A stretch of DNA of 14,715 bases from Candidatus Krumholzibacteriia bacterium (GTDB lineage Bacteria; Krumholzibacteriota; Krumholzibacteriia; WVZY01): positions 1-14,715 of the forward strand of contig JAZGDW010000204.1 of NCBI GenBank assembly GCA_036478295.1. Reading direction: 5' to 3'. The notes beneath the pieces were generated by a model. It saw only the letters and a list, made by a program, of their open reading frames with translations, ran no database searches and had not been told where the DNA came from. The position numbers and the translations under genes were made by a program. Each line of letters opens with the position of its first letter. The first letter of the stretch is position 1. Below, one piece after another: positions 6,307 through 13,878 of the stretch.

Positions 6307-7722
6307 ATGTCCATCCATCGCACCGTTACTCGACTCACAGCCGTGCCTGGAGTCCTGGCTTTCCTGCTCCTCGCGCCGATCACGGTAGCCGCTCAAACCG
6401 GTGATCCAGGCAGAGGTGCGACTGTTTCGACGGACCGCCCCTCCGACCCGGCCGCCACCGTGGTCGACACCAGCCTGCCAACTCGTGAGCTAATCGAACG
6501 GGCGCGCACCTTTGTCGCCCTGGGTAATTATGCGGCCGCCGAAGCGGCCCTGAAAGGGATCCTGATCCGGGAACCCGACAACGTCACGGCCATGCTGGAA
6601 CTCGCCACCATCTACGAGACCCTTGGCAAGTTGCAGTACGCCATGGGGTTGCTCAATCGCGCAACCCTGGCCAAGCCGTACGATGCGACCATCATCGATC
6701 GACACCGCGAGGTGGTCACCAAGCTCTCGCAGCGCCTCGAACTGGATGTCGATTCCCTGATGTCGCAAGGTGCTTATGAGCTGGCTGTTCCGAAGCTCAC
6801 CAGTCTGCTCACCGCCCAACCGGAAAACGCGGAGTTGTACTACCTGAAGGCGCACTGCTACATGCAACTCGGCCGGCCGGACGTTGCCCGCTCGGAGGTC
6901 GCAAAAGCGTTGAACCTTGGCCAGGTGGATAAGTACTTCGAACTGCAGGAAAAAGCTGCCGACGCCGTACGCGAACTCGAGGTCCGTGAACTTGTCGCCA
7001 AGGCCGAAGCGCTGCTTCCGGCCACGAATCCGGCAGCAAAGGAGGAGGTGTTGGGCCATCTTGCGCAGATCCTCGAACTCGACCCGGCCCACCAATGGGC
7101 GAACAAACACTTCGATGCGCTGGCCGGCTCTACTGGAGGTGGCCCCCGCGGGCCGGTGACCACTCATCTGACAGCCTTCGGGGCGCAGGTAAGCCGCGTG
7201 TTCAAGCGGATCGGCCGCGGTATCGTCGACCTGCTGGCGCTCTTCTACAGGCACCGGGAAATTCTGTTGACAATCCTGCTTCTGTTTTTCGTCCTGAACT
7301 CGCCCTTCACCCACATGCTCATCCGCGGGTTTTCTCCAAGGCTGTCACTGACCGGACAACTCCGGCAATTTACCATCCACGAGGTGCTGACCCTGCTCAA
7401 CACGCACCAGAGTACGGGCGCTCTAAAGCTCAAGACGCCGTCGATGAAGGGTCGGATTTTCTTTGAGGACGGCGAAATCTACCACTGCAAGTGCAAGGGC
7501 AACACCGGTCGTAAGGCGCTGCAGGAACTGCTGGAAAACTCTGGTGAGGGATTCTTCGTGTTCACGGAGGCGGTCCAATCCAGTCAAAAAACGGTCGACA
7601 CGCCATTGAGCTTGATTCTGATGGAGCTTCCAGAGAGAAGCCGCAACGTCACCTCAAAGAGTATCATCCAGCAGCAAAAGCGAAAATCCAGAATGAAAAC
7701 CCTGCTCGGGTCGAAACGGTAG
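6307..7722 (+). CDS. Membrane protein: signal peptide, TPR repeats, TM helix, C-terminal DUF4388 (PATAN-like) domain
   Basis: Hydrophobic N-terminus (VLAFLLLAPITVAAQ); TPR-like helices (GNYAAAEAALKGILIREPDN, PENAELYYLKAHCYMQLG, ILELDPAH); TM segment ILLTILLLFFVL; and LTGQLRQFTIHEVLTLL...TGALKL...GRIFFEDGEIYHC...GRKALQELL...GFFVF, typical of DUF4388. Start uncertain (6283, 6295, 6307 or 6343). Confidence 0.8.
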   Translation: MSIHRTVTRLTAVPGVLAFLLLAPITVAAQTGDPGRGATVSTDRPSDPAATVVDTSLPTRELIERARTFVALGNYAAAEAALKGILIREPDNVTAMLELATIYETLGKLQYAMGLLNRATLAKPYDATIIDRHREVVTKLSQRLELDVDSLMSQGAYELAVPKLTSLLTAQPENAELYYLKAHCYMQLGRPDVARSEVAKALNLGQVDKYFELQEKAADAVRELEVRELVAKAEALLPATNPAAKEEVLGHLAQILELDPAHQWANKHFDALAGSTGGGPRGPVTTHLTAFGAQVSRVFKRIGRGIVDLLALFYRHREILLTILLLFFVLNSPFTHMLIRGFSPRLSLTGQLRQFTIHEVLTLLNTHQSTGALKLKTPSMKGRIFFEDGEIYHCKCKGNTGRKALQELLENSGEGFFVFTEAVQSSQKTVDTPLSLILMELPERSRNVTSKSIIQQQKRKSRMKTLLGSKR

Positions 7723-7744
7723 GGTGCCGCCCGCGGGGGCAGGC

Positions 7745-9193
7745 CTAGCACACGACTTCGGGGATGGGCATTTGATCGTCGGCGGGTAGTTCGCCGGCAG
7801 CTACAGTTTGCAAGTGGACGGTGTTCGTTCCGCTATACGCCCCGTTGCCCTTGTCCCCGGTCCGCTGCAGGAAATCAACGATGTCGTCCAGTTCGTCACT
7901 CTCGCGCTGCACGAGCGCGAGGTAGTACGTACCGTAGGTTTCCCCTCGAACCAGGACCTCTCCCTCCGAGAGCGCTACCGAGCAGCGGCGCAGGAACTCT
8001 CGTACGTTTCCGTTCCCTTTGAGAGTCCCCGTCCCGTCGCCCCGGACCTCGCACTTGAAGAAAGAAACGCGCTTGTCGCTCAGCTCGGCCGCCTTGCGCA
8101 GGCTCTTGACCGGAAAGACGAAGTCCGCCGTGTGGTCGTAATCGGGCAGGACCGGCAAGTGTAGTTGTACGCCTTCCCCTCCCCCGTTGTGTCGCACCAC
8201 ATCGATGCGACCCCCGAGCGATTCCACGAGGCAGCGGCACGCCCGGAACTCGAATTCCCGGGTCCCGCCGGGGCCGAATGGACCTTCCCGGTGACGCCCC
8301 CCATCCCCCTCATCGCCGAGGGAAACCGCCGACATCCCCCGATTGTGAAATCTGACGACAATCTCGCGGTCGTCTTCGTCGATATCATAGGTGGGCCCCG
8401 ATGGATCCGCGGCAGCGACAACCTCGAGCAGGCAATGGATGACGGTCCGTAGTCTCTCCGGATCGGTAAAGAGATAGACACCACGCTCCCCGTCATCCCC
8501 CGTGCGTCCGACCCGCTCACCGTCGGGGTCGTGTTTCTGCGTGCCTTCAAAAAGGTGTTTGAGGTTGACCAGCCGCCGGGCGACGGATACGTCACCGAGT
8601 GTTATCTGGAGCAGAGCGAGCTGTTTCTCCACCATCCGCACGATGCGGTCCACGTTTCGCTGGCTGATCCCGAGTAGCTGGCTCTGCGTGGCGTCGAGCC
8701 CCGCGTTCCTCGCGGAAAACAACCCGTCGAGCGCCAGCTTGATGGCGGTAAGCGGCGTGCGTAACTCGTGCGACATCCCGGTAAGGAACTCCAGGCGAAG
8801 CTGGTCCAGACCGCCGGGACCGCGCGTCTCGGGAGGTGACATTGCTTCCCTGACGAGGAGACGAAGCCGGGAGAGGTCCTTGATAGGCTTTTGGAAAATG
8901 TGACTTACACCCAGCGCGCGTGCTTGTTCGACCACATCCGGACCCATGAACCCGGTCATCACCATCACGGGCACGCGGTAACCCTCTCTACGCGCACGCT
9001 CCAGGAACTGCAACCCGCTCATCCCCGGCATTTGAATATCGCTGATGATAAGATCGGGCTTCTCTTCCGCCATGCGGTCGAGCACACCCACCGGAGACGC
9101 GAACGTCCTGACCCGGTGCTTGTCCTTCTTGAGCAGACGGGCCAGCATCTTTCTCATGAGCCCGTCGTCGTCGATCAGAAACACGGTTTTCAT
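7745..9193 (-). CDS. Hybrid signalling protein: receiver domain + HisKA + degenerate HATPase + GGDEF-like remnant
   Basis: REC motifs LIDDD, IISDIQMPGMSG, MTG and QKP are intact. H-box MSHELRTPLTAI is intact. The CA-domain layout (DPERLRTVI...VESLGGRIDV...LHLP) lacks the N, G1 and G2 residues. SD GGAGG precedes ATG 9193. Confidence 0.85.
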   Translation of the reverse strand: MKTVFLIDDDGLMRKMLARLLKKDKHRVRTFASPVGVLDRMAEEKPDLIISDIQMPGMSGLQFLERARREGYRVPVMVMTGFMGPDVVEQARALGVSHIFQKPIKDLSRLRLLVREAMSPPETRGPGGLDQLRLEFLTGMSHELRTPLTAIKLALDGLFSARNAGLDATQSQLLGISQRNVDRIVRMVEKQLALLQITLGDVSVARRLVNLKHLFEGTQKHDPDGERVGRTGDDGERGVYLFTDPERLRTVIHCLLEVVAAADPSGPTYDIDEDDREIVVRFHNRGMSAVSLGDEGDGGRHREGPFGPGGTREFEFRACRCLVESLGGRIDVVRHNGGGEGVQLHLPVLPDYDHTADFVFPVKSLRKAAELSDKRVSFFKCEVRGDGTGTLKGNGNVREFLRRCSVALSEGEVLVRGETYGTYYLALVQRESDELDDIVDFLQRTGDKGNGAYSGTNTVHLQTVAAGELPADDQMPIPEVVC

Positions 9194-9280
9194 TGTGCCT
9201 CCACCCGCGGACCACCTGGGTCCTGCTGCAAATCAAAGTTGACCACCACTACAAAATGGGTGTTGGTATGCAATCGTATG

Positions 9281-9295
9281 GCAAGGTCTGTGCCA
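9281..9295 (-). promoter_or_regulatory. Putative sigma54 promoter of the REC-HisKA gene
   Basis: TGGCAC-AGACC-TTGC (9295-9281) matches TGGCAC-N5-TTGC and lies about 90 nt upstream of the ATG. Confidence 0.7.
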
Positions 9296-9491
9296 TGGAA
9301 AATGCCCGTTCTTATGCGTCAATCCTGCTACGGACGGTAGGTCGGAATCAGCCGTCGTGCAACCCTAAAGGCAACGAACGGGAACAAGTGGACGGCGTAG
9401 CCGGTCCTTGGGAAAGGACCGCGGCAAAGCAAACTGCAAGTAGTTGTGGGTACGTTCAATGCAAAGATGGCTGTCCACAGTATGACGCCGA

Positions 9492-10343
9492 CTAGCGGTA
9501 TTTTATGCGTATGCCCAGTGAGGCGGCGAAATCCACGGCTCGAGCCGCCACGTTGCCGCCCTCGGCCTGAAACGATGCGTAGAAGGCCGTGGTGTCGTTG
9601 TATCGCAGGTCGAGGTCTACAAAGTACAATGCCCGTGGCCTGTCACCCCGAAACACGTAGGCCAGGACGCCACCCTGCAGATCCAGCCGCGCCGCCACGG
9701 TGAACACCAGCCCGCCCGCCAGCGTCAAGAAGTTGGGATAGACATCGGGATTCTTCAGGTTGTCCCTCACCCGTGTGGGGTGCGTGCCGGTGGCGTAAAC
9801 CCACACCGCGGTCGTCGTCGACAGCGTGTCGACCATCGCTAGCCCGCCCTCGACATCCGTGCTCGCTGTGGAATAGGGAAAGAAGCTGCTACTGCCGGAA
9901 CCGGTGCGGAAAGAACCCACCAGGAACAACGCCCTCATGTTTCCAACCGCCAAACGGGTACGCGCGCGCAGCCTGGCATCGCCGAACCCGTCTTCGAAAT
10001 CGGTGGGCGCAGTCAACGAGACATAAGACAGCTCGGCCCGTATGAGAACCGCGGATTTGACGGGCAGGCGCACGCCGATCGTGTAAAGGGAGGCATCGTG
10101 GGTGGGCGCGTCTGTACGAATCGCGTCGCTGGTCAGCGTCGCCACGCGCGGCGCCCGCACAAAAGACGAAAGCCGCCCCGGATCCTCATAGATACCCGTT
10201 GAGGATGCAGGAAGCGGCTTTGAAAAGACGGCTACGGCGGCGAGGAGTAACACCCCGCCGGACCGTGACGAGAATGCTCGAATACTTTCTACTTTACTCC
10301 TTCGAGCAGCTGAATCCTGCCCTGTCTCAGGAACTGAACCCAT
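9492..10343 (-). CDS. Hypothetical exported protein, probable outer-membrane beta-barrel (COG4313/Phenol_MetA_deg-like)
   Basis: Signal-like stretch VLLLAAVAVFSKPLPA, alternating amphipathic strands, a GFGDARL...RTGSG...STASTD segment, and the C-terminal strand FAASLGIRIKYR. Start uncertain (ATG 10343 overlapping the upstream gene, or GTG 10253). Confidence 0.6.
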   Translation of the reverse strand: MGSVPETGQDSAARRSKVESIRAFSSRSGGVLLLAAVAVFSKPLPASSTGIYEDPGRLSSFVRAPRVATLTSDAIRTDAPTHDASLYTIGVRLPVKSAVLIRAELSYVSLTAPTDFEDGFGDARLRARTRLAVGNMRALFLVGSFRTGSGSSSFFPYSTASTDVEGGLAMVDTLSTTTAVWVYATGTHPTRVRDNLKNPDVYPNFLTLAGGLVFTVAARLDLQGGVLAYVFRGDRPRALYFVDLDLRYNDTTAFYASFQAEGGNVAARAVDFAASLGIRIKYR

Positions 10344-10696
10344 ACGGTCTTGCGTCCCCCGGGCAGCTCACCCTTCGAGACGACCTTCCCGAAATCGTTC
10401 CAGGATCGATGATGAACGACATCGCCGATGTCGTAGGTCTCGTCCTCGTCGTACTCTCTGGCGTTCTCGACGTCCAGATCTTCCAGTGCGAGTTCCTGTG
10501 CGTCCGCCTTGGCGTTTGCCATCCCATCCGTGTTCTCTTCCTGCTCATCCGCCATGTACGGAAGAAAACCCTGGCAACCGGGACATTTCAGCCACACGAC
10601 TCCCTTGCTGCTGCCTTGCTTGACCTCTTCCATGTCGAAGTGGCGCTTGCAGACAGAGCAGTACTGGTTGATCGTCTTTATCTTCGTCCCAGGCAC
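10289..10696 (-). CDS. Hypothetical protein: N-terminal Zn ribbon, acidic linker, C-terminal PcrA/UvrD-type Tudor-like domain
   Basis: CSVC...CPGC; acidic linker; YDIGDVVHHRSWNDFGKVV...VWVQFLRQGRIQLL resembles the GDxVxHxxFGxGxV...VxFxxxGxKxL pattern. GTG start with GAAGGTG upstream. Confidence 0.75.
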   Translation of the reverse strand: MPGTKIKTINQYCSVCKRHFDMEEVKQGSSKGVVWLKCPGCQGFLPYMADEQEENTDGMANAKADAQELALEDLDVENAREYDEDETYDIGDVVHHRSWNDFGKVVSKGELPGGRKTVWVQFLRQGRIQLLEGVK

Positions 10697-10712
10697 TACG
10701 CCACCTTCACCT

Positions 10713-10907
10713 TTACGAGACCGTTACTTTACAACACTCTCTAGCTTCTTGCACGGTGTGGAACTTCATGCCACACAGATTGCAAACAGATCCCCCGCTC
10801 ACCCTGCCGTCCGCTTCCGCCCGCTTTAAGAGTTGCACAAACTTGACGTATTCCTTGTCTTTCCGAAGAAGATTCGGTTTTTCTTGCGTTTTTTCCTGCC
10901 TCGACAT
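10713..10907 (-). CDS. Small (64 aa) basic protein with putative zinc finger (CxxC-x12-CC)
   Basis: SD AGGAG precedes ATG 10907. Motif VCNLCGMKFHTVQEARECC. The gap to the next co-oriented gene is 16 nt. Confidence 0.7.
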   Translation of the reverse strand: MSRQEKTQEKPNLLRKDKEYVKFVQLLKRAEADGRVSGGSVCNLCGMKFHTVQEARECCKVTVS

Positions 10908-10965
10908 AACTAACTCTCCTCATGGTAAGTGCTGAAAACGGTATCAGCTCCATTTCGATGGGGAG

Positions 10966-11011
10966 ACACAGGATGCTGTGCTTGTGTCTTGCAACTACAC
11001 AATATCTTGTG
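10966..11011. promoter_or_regulatory. Tandem NrdR-box-like operator sites
   Basis: ACACAATATCTTGTG (10997-11011) has one mismatch to acaCwAtATaTwGtg. The degenerate copy ACACAGGATGCTGTG (10966-10980) starts exactly 31 bp away. Confidence 0.7.
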
Positions 11012-11013
11012 CG

Positions 11014-11042
11014 AACCTAGACAATCCGCACAACCACGTCAA
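11014..11042 (-). promoter_or_regulatory. Putative sigma70 promoter for the small Zn-finger / Zn-ribbon-Tudor operon
   Basis: TTGACG (11042-11037), 17 bp, TAGGTT (11019-11014). The predicted start site falls inside the stronger NrdR-like box. Confidence 0.55.
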
Positions 11043-11168
11043 GCACAAAATGCGGGTCAGTTCGAAAAAACGGTGGATAATACAGGCAGCAACATTAGGA
11101 ATATATATCATTAACGCGGGTTACGCAAGGCACGAAAAACTTTTGTTAATGCATCGTGTTAACTACCT

Positions 11169-12305
11169 TTAGAATTCAAGTGCATGTTTGAGATCGGCTT
11201 CAAGATCCTCGACGTCCTCGATGCCGACAGATAGGCGAACGAGTCCCGCGGTAATTCCCATGCGGTCACGGTCTTGCTTCGGTACGCTGGCGTGTGTCAT
11301 TGACGCCGGATGACTGATAAGACTCTCCACGCCACCGAGACTTTCTGCCAGAGTGAACAACTGCGTGCTCTCCAACACGCGGGCGGCGCGGTCGTGAGAG
11401 CCAGCATCGAACGAAATGATAGCGCCGAATCCACGCGCCTGCTTTTTCTGAAGCTCGTGTTGCGGGTGGCTCTTCAAACCTGGGTAGTAGAGCTTATCGA
11501 TCGCGGAATGCCCGGCAAGAAAGTCCGCCAGCTGCCTGGCGCTCGACTCGCTTTGGCGCATACGCAAGGCGAGAGTCTTCGTCCCGCGAAGCGCCAGCCA
11601 GCAGTCGAACGGGCCCGGTACGGCCCCTACAGCGTTCTGTAGAAAATGAAACTTTTCGGCCAGCGCCTCGTCGTTCACGACGACGATCCCGCCGACCATG
11701 TCACTGTGACCGTTCAGGTACTTCGTAGTGCTGTGCAGCACGATGTCCGCGCCCATATCGAACGGTGTCTGAAAATACGGGCTCATGAACGTATTGTCTA
11801 CAGCGAGTAAGGCGCCCCGTGCGTGCGCGAGTCGCGCCGCCGCCTCGATGTCCGTGACGTTGAGCATCGGGTTGGTCGGCGTCTCGATGAAGAGGAGTTT
11901 CGTCTGGGAAGATAGTGCCGCCTCCAGTATTTCCACGTTCGATGTATCCACGAATTTGAATTTCAGATCGTAGTTCTTGAGCACCTGGTCGGCGAGGCGA
12001 TACGTTCCGCCGTAGACGTTGTCCGTAACAACAATCTCGTCGCCCGCCTTGAAGTGATGCATGATAGCCGAAGCGGCGGCCAGACCGGAGGCGTACGCAA
12101 TGCCAAACTTGCCTTTCTCGAGGACCGCGATGTTGCGTTCCAGCGCTTCCCGGGTCGGGTTCTGGGTGCGCCCGTACTCGTAGCCACGGTGCTTGCCCAG
12201 CCCGTCCTGCTCGTAGGTAGACGTCTGAAAAATCGGCGGCATCACGGCGCCGGTCACCGGCTCGGACGACTGTCCGCCGTGCACGGCATCGGTCGAGAAT
12301 CCCAT
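11169..12305 (-). CDS. Cystathionine gamma-lyase / gamma-synthase (Cys/Met metabolism PLP enzyme, MccB/MetB family)
   Basis: PPIFQTSTY, YEYGRTQNPTR, ETPTNP, DNTF, HSTTKYLNGHSD (PLP Lys), AESLGGVESL and RLSVGIED. SD AGGAGG. Position next to CBS favours gamma-lyase activity. Confidence 0.95.
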   Translation of the reverse strand: MGFSTDAVHGGQSSEPVTGAVMPPIFQTSTYEQDGLGKHRGYEYGRTQNPTREALERNIAVLEKGKFGIAYASGLAAASAIMHHFKAGDEIVVTDNVYGGTYRLADQVLKNYDLKFKFVDTSNVEILEAALSSQTKLLFIETPTNPMLNVTDIEAAARLAHARGALLAVDNTFMSPYFQTPFDMGADIVLHSTTKYLNGHSDMVGGIVVVNDEALAEKFHFLQNAVGAVPGPFDCWLALRGTKTLALRMRQSESSARQLADFLAGHSAIDKLYYPGLKSHPQHELQKKQARGFGAIISFDAGSHDRAARVLESTQLFTLAESLGGVESLISHPASMTHASVPKQDRDRMGITAGLVRLSVGIEDVEDLEADLKHALEF

Positions 12306-12483
12306 AATGTACCTCCTGTCAATGGTCTCCGCGGTAGAGTGGAGTGCAATCGACTGTTATTGAACAAAATCGCCACCCCCCAGTCGTATGGCCATGGGGA
12401 GTGGGCCGCGCGACACACGGGTCATCGGCGGCCGCTGCGTATCGACCCTCGCTATCAGCGAGTCCCGGACATACGGGCCACCG

Positions 12484-13878
12484 TCACCCGATCTCGGAGA
12501 GCATGTACTCGACCAGATCGGCCTTCGTGAGAATCCCTTTGGTGTCCCCGTCGTCCACGACCAGAATCGCCATGTTGCCGCTCGAGAAGAGTTTGAGCGC
12601 GTCCGCGTAGTCGGCATCGATGCTCAATACAGGGAAGGGCTCGTCCATCAACGATGCCACGGCTTGTTCTCCGGTCACCTTGCCCGCGAGAAGTTGATCG
12701 AGCAGCTCTCCCTCGAGAACCCGACCGACCCATTCTTCGCCACGCTTCACCGGTAGCTGCGTCACACCGAACTCCCTCATCTGCGCGAGGGCGGTGTGAA
12801 TGCTTTCCGTGGTTTGCACGTAGGCGACCGTTGGCAGTTCGGTCGACTTGGCCTGGAGAAAATCCCGTACGGTGAGCTGTTTCGCATCCAGCATCCGGTT
12901 CTCCCTCATCCATTCATCGGAGTGGAACTTGGACAGGTATCTCTCTCCCGAATCCGGCAGAAGTACCACGACGATCTTGCCCTTACCCAGTTTTGCAGCC
13001 ACGTCCAGCGCGACCACCACCGCCGAGCCGCACGACCCGCCCACCATCAACCCTTCCTCACGGGACAGGCGCCGGGCCATGTTGAATGAATCCCGGTCAC
13101 CGACGGTGATGATGTCGTCGACGTACTGGTATTCGAACGCGGACGGAATGATGTCCTCGCCGATGCCCTCGACCAGGTACGGGCTCCCTTTCCCCATTTT
13201 CTTCGTGTAAAAGAACTCGCGAAGGATGCTCCCGTCCGGGTCCGCCCCCACGATCCGGACGGCGGGGTTCTTTTCCTTGAGATATCGCCCGACACCACTG
13301 ATCGTACCTCCCGTACCGATGCCCGCTACGAAACAGTCGATCTTGCCGCCGGTATCCTCCCATATTTCGGGTCCGGTGGTCTCGTAATGAGCCAGGGGAT
13401 TCACCGGATTGAAATACTGGTTGGCGAGAAGCGAGTTGGGTGTTTCCTCCACGATCCGCTTCGCCACCGAGTAGTAGCTCTCCTCCGAATCGGGCGGCAC
13501 CGCGGTCGGACAGGTGATAACTTCGGCGCCGTACGACTTCAGCAGGCGGATTTTTTCCTGGCTCATCTTGTCGGGCATGGTGAAAACGGCCTTGTAACCC
13601 ATCACTGCCGCGACCAGCGCCAGCCCCGCACCGGTATTGCCCGAGGTGCACTCGACGATGGTACCGCCGGGTTTCAACTCACCCCTGGCCACCGCATCCT
13701 CAATGATCCTGGTGGCGATCCGGTCCTTGACGCTTCCCCCCGGATTGAAACACTCGGCCTTCGCAAGGACCGCGGCCTTCAGACCTTTTGTGACTTTGTT
13801 GAGTCTGATCAGCGGCGTGCCTCCGATGGTCTCGAGTACGTTCTTCGAGTACCTGACTTGTGAAGAAAGTTCTGCCAT
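12484..13878 (-). CDS. cbs: Cystathionine beta-synthase with C-terminal CBS-domain pair (no N-terminal heme domain evident)
   Basis: TPLIRL, NPGGSVKDR (PLP Lys), TSGNTG, GIGTGGT, EGIG, PDSGERYLSK, then two CBS repeats. Start taken as ATG 13878 (MAELSSQ). Confidence 0.93.
   Translation of the reverse strand: MAELSSQVRYSKNVLETIGGTPLIRLNKVTKGLKAAVLAKAECFNPGGSVKDRIATRIIEDAVARGELKPGGTIVECTSGNTGAGLALVAAVMGYKAVFTMPDKMSQEKIRLLKSYGAEVITCPTAVPPDSEESYYSVAKRIVEETPNSLLANQYFNPVNPLAHYETTGPEIWEDTGGKIDCFVAGIGTGGTISGVGRYLKEKNPAVRIVGADPDGSILREFFYTKKMGKGSPYLVEGIGEDIIPSAFEYQYVDDIITVGDRDSFNMARRLSREEGLMVGGSCGSAVVVALDVAAKLGKGKIVVVLLPDSGERYLSKFHSDEWMRENRMLDAKQLTVRDFLQAKSTELPTVAYVQTTESIHTALAQMREFGVTQLPVKRGEEWVGRVLEGELLDQLLAGKVTGEQAVASLMDEPFPVLSIDADYADALKLFSSGNMAILVVDDGDTKGILTKADLVEYMLSEIG

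Noticed and set aside
9402..9421. Hairpin CGGTCCTT-ggga-AAGGACCG as an intrinsic terminator
   Set aside because: The stem is real but has no adjacent U-tract on either strand, so terminator function is unsupported.
9471..9479. DnaA-box-like CTGTCCACA
   Set aside because: A single copy with two mismatches and no origin context.
10741..10953. Alternative 70-aa minus-strand ORF overlapping the microprotein
   Set aside because: No motif and weaker initiation signals than the 10907 ORF, which has an AGGAG SD and a Cys finger.
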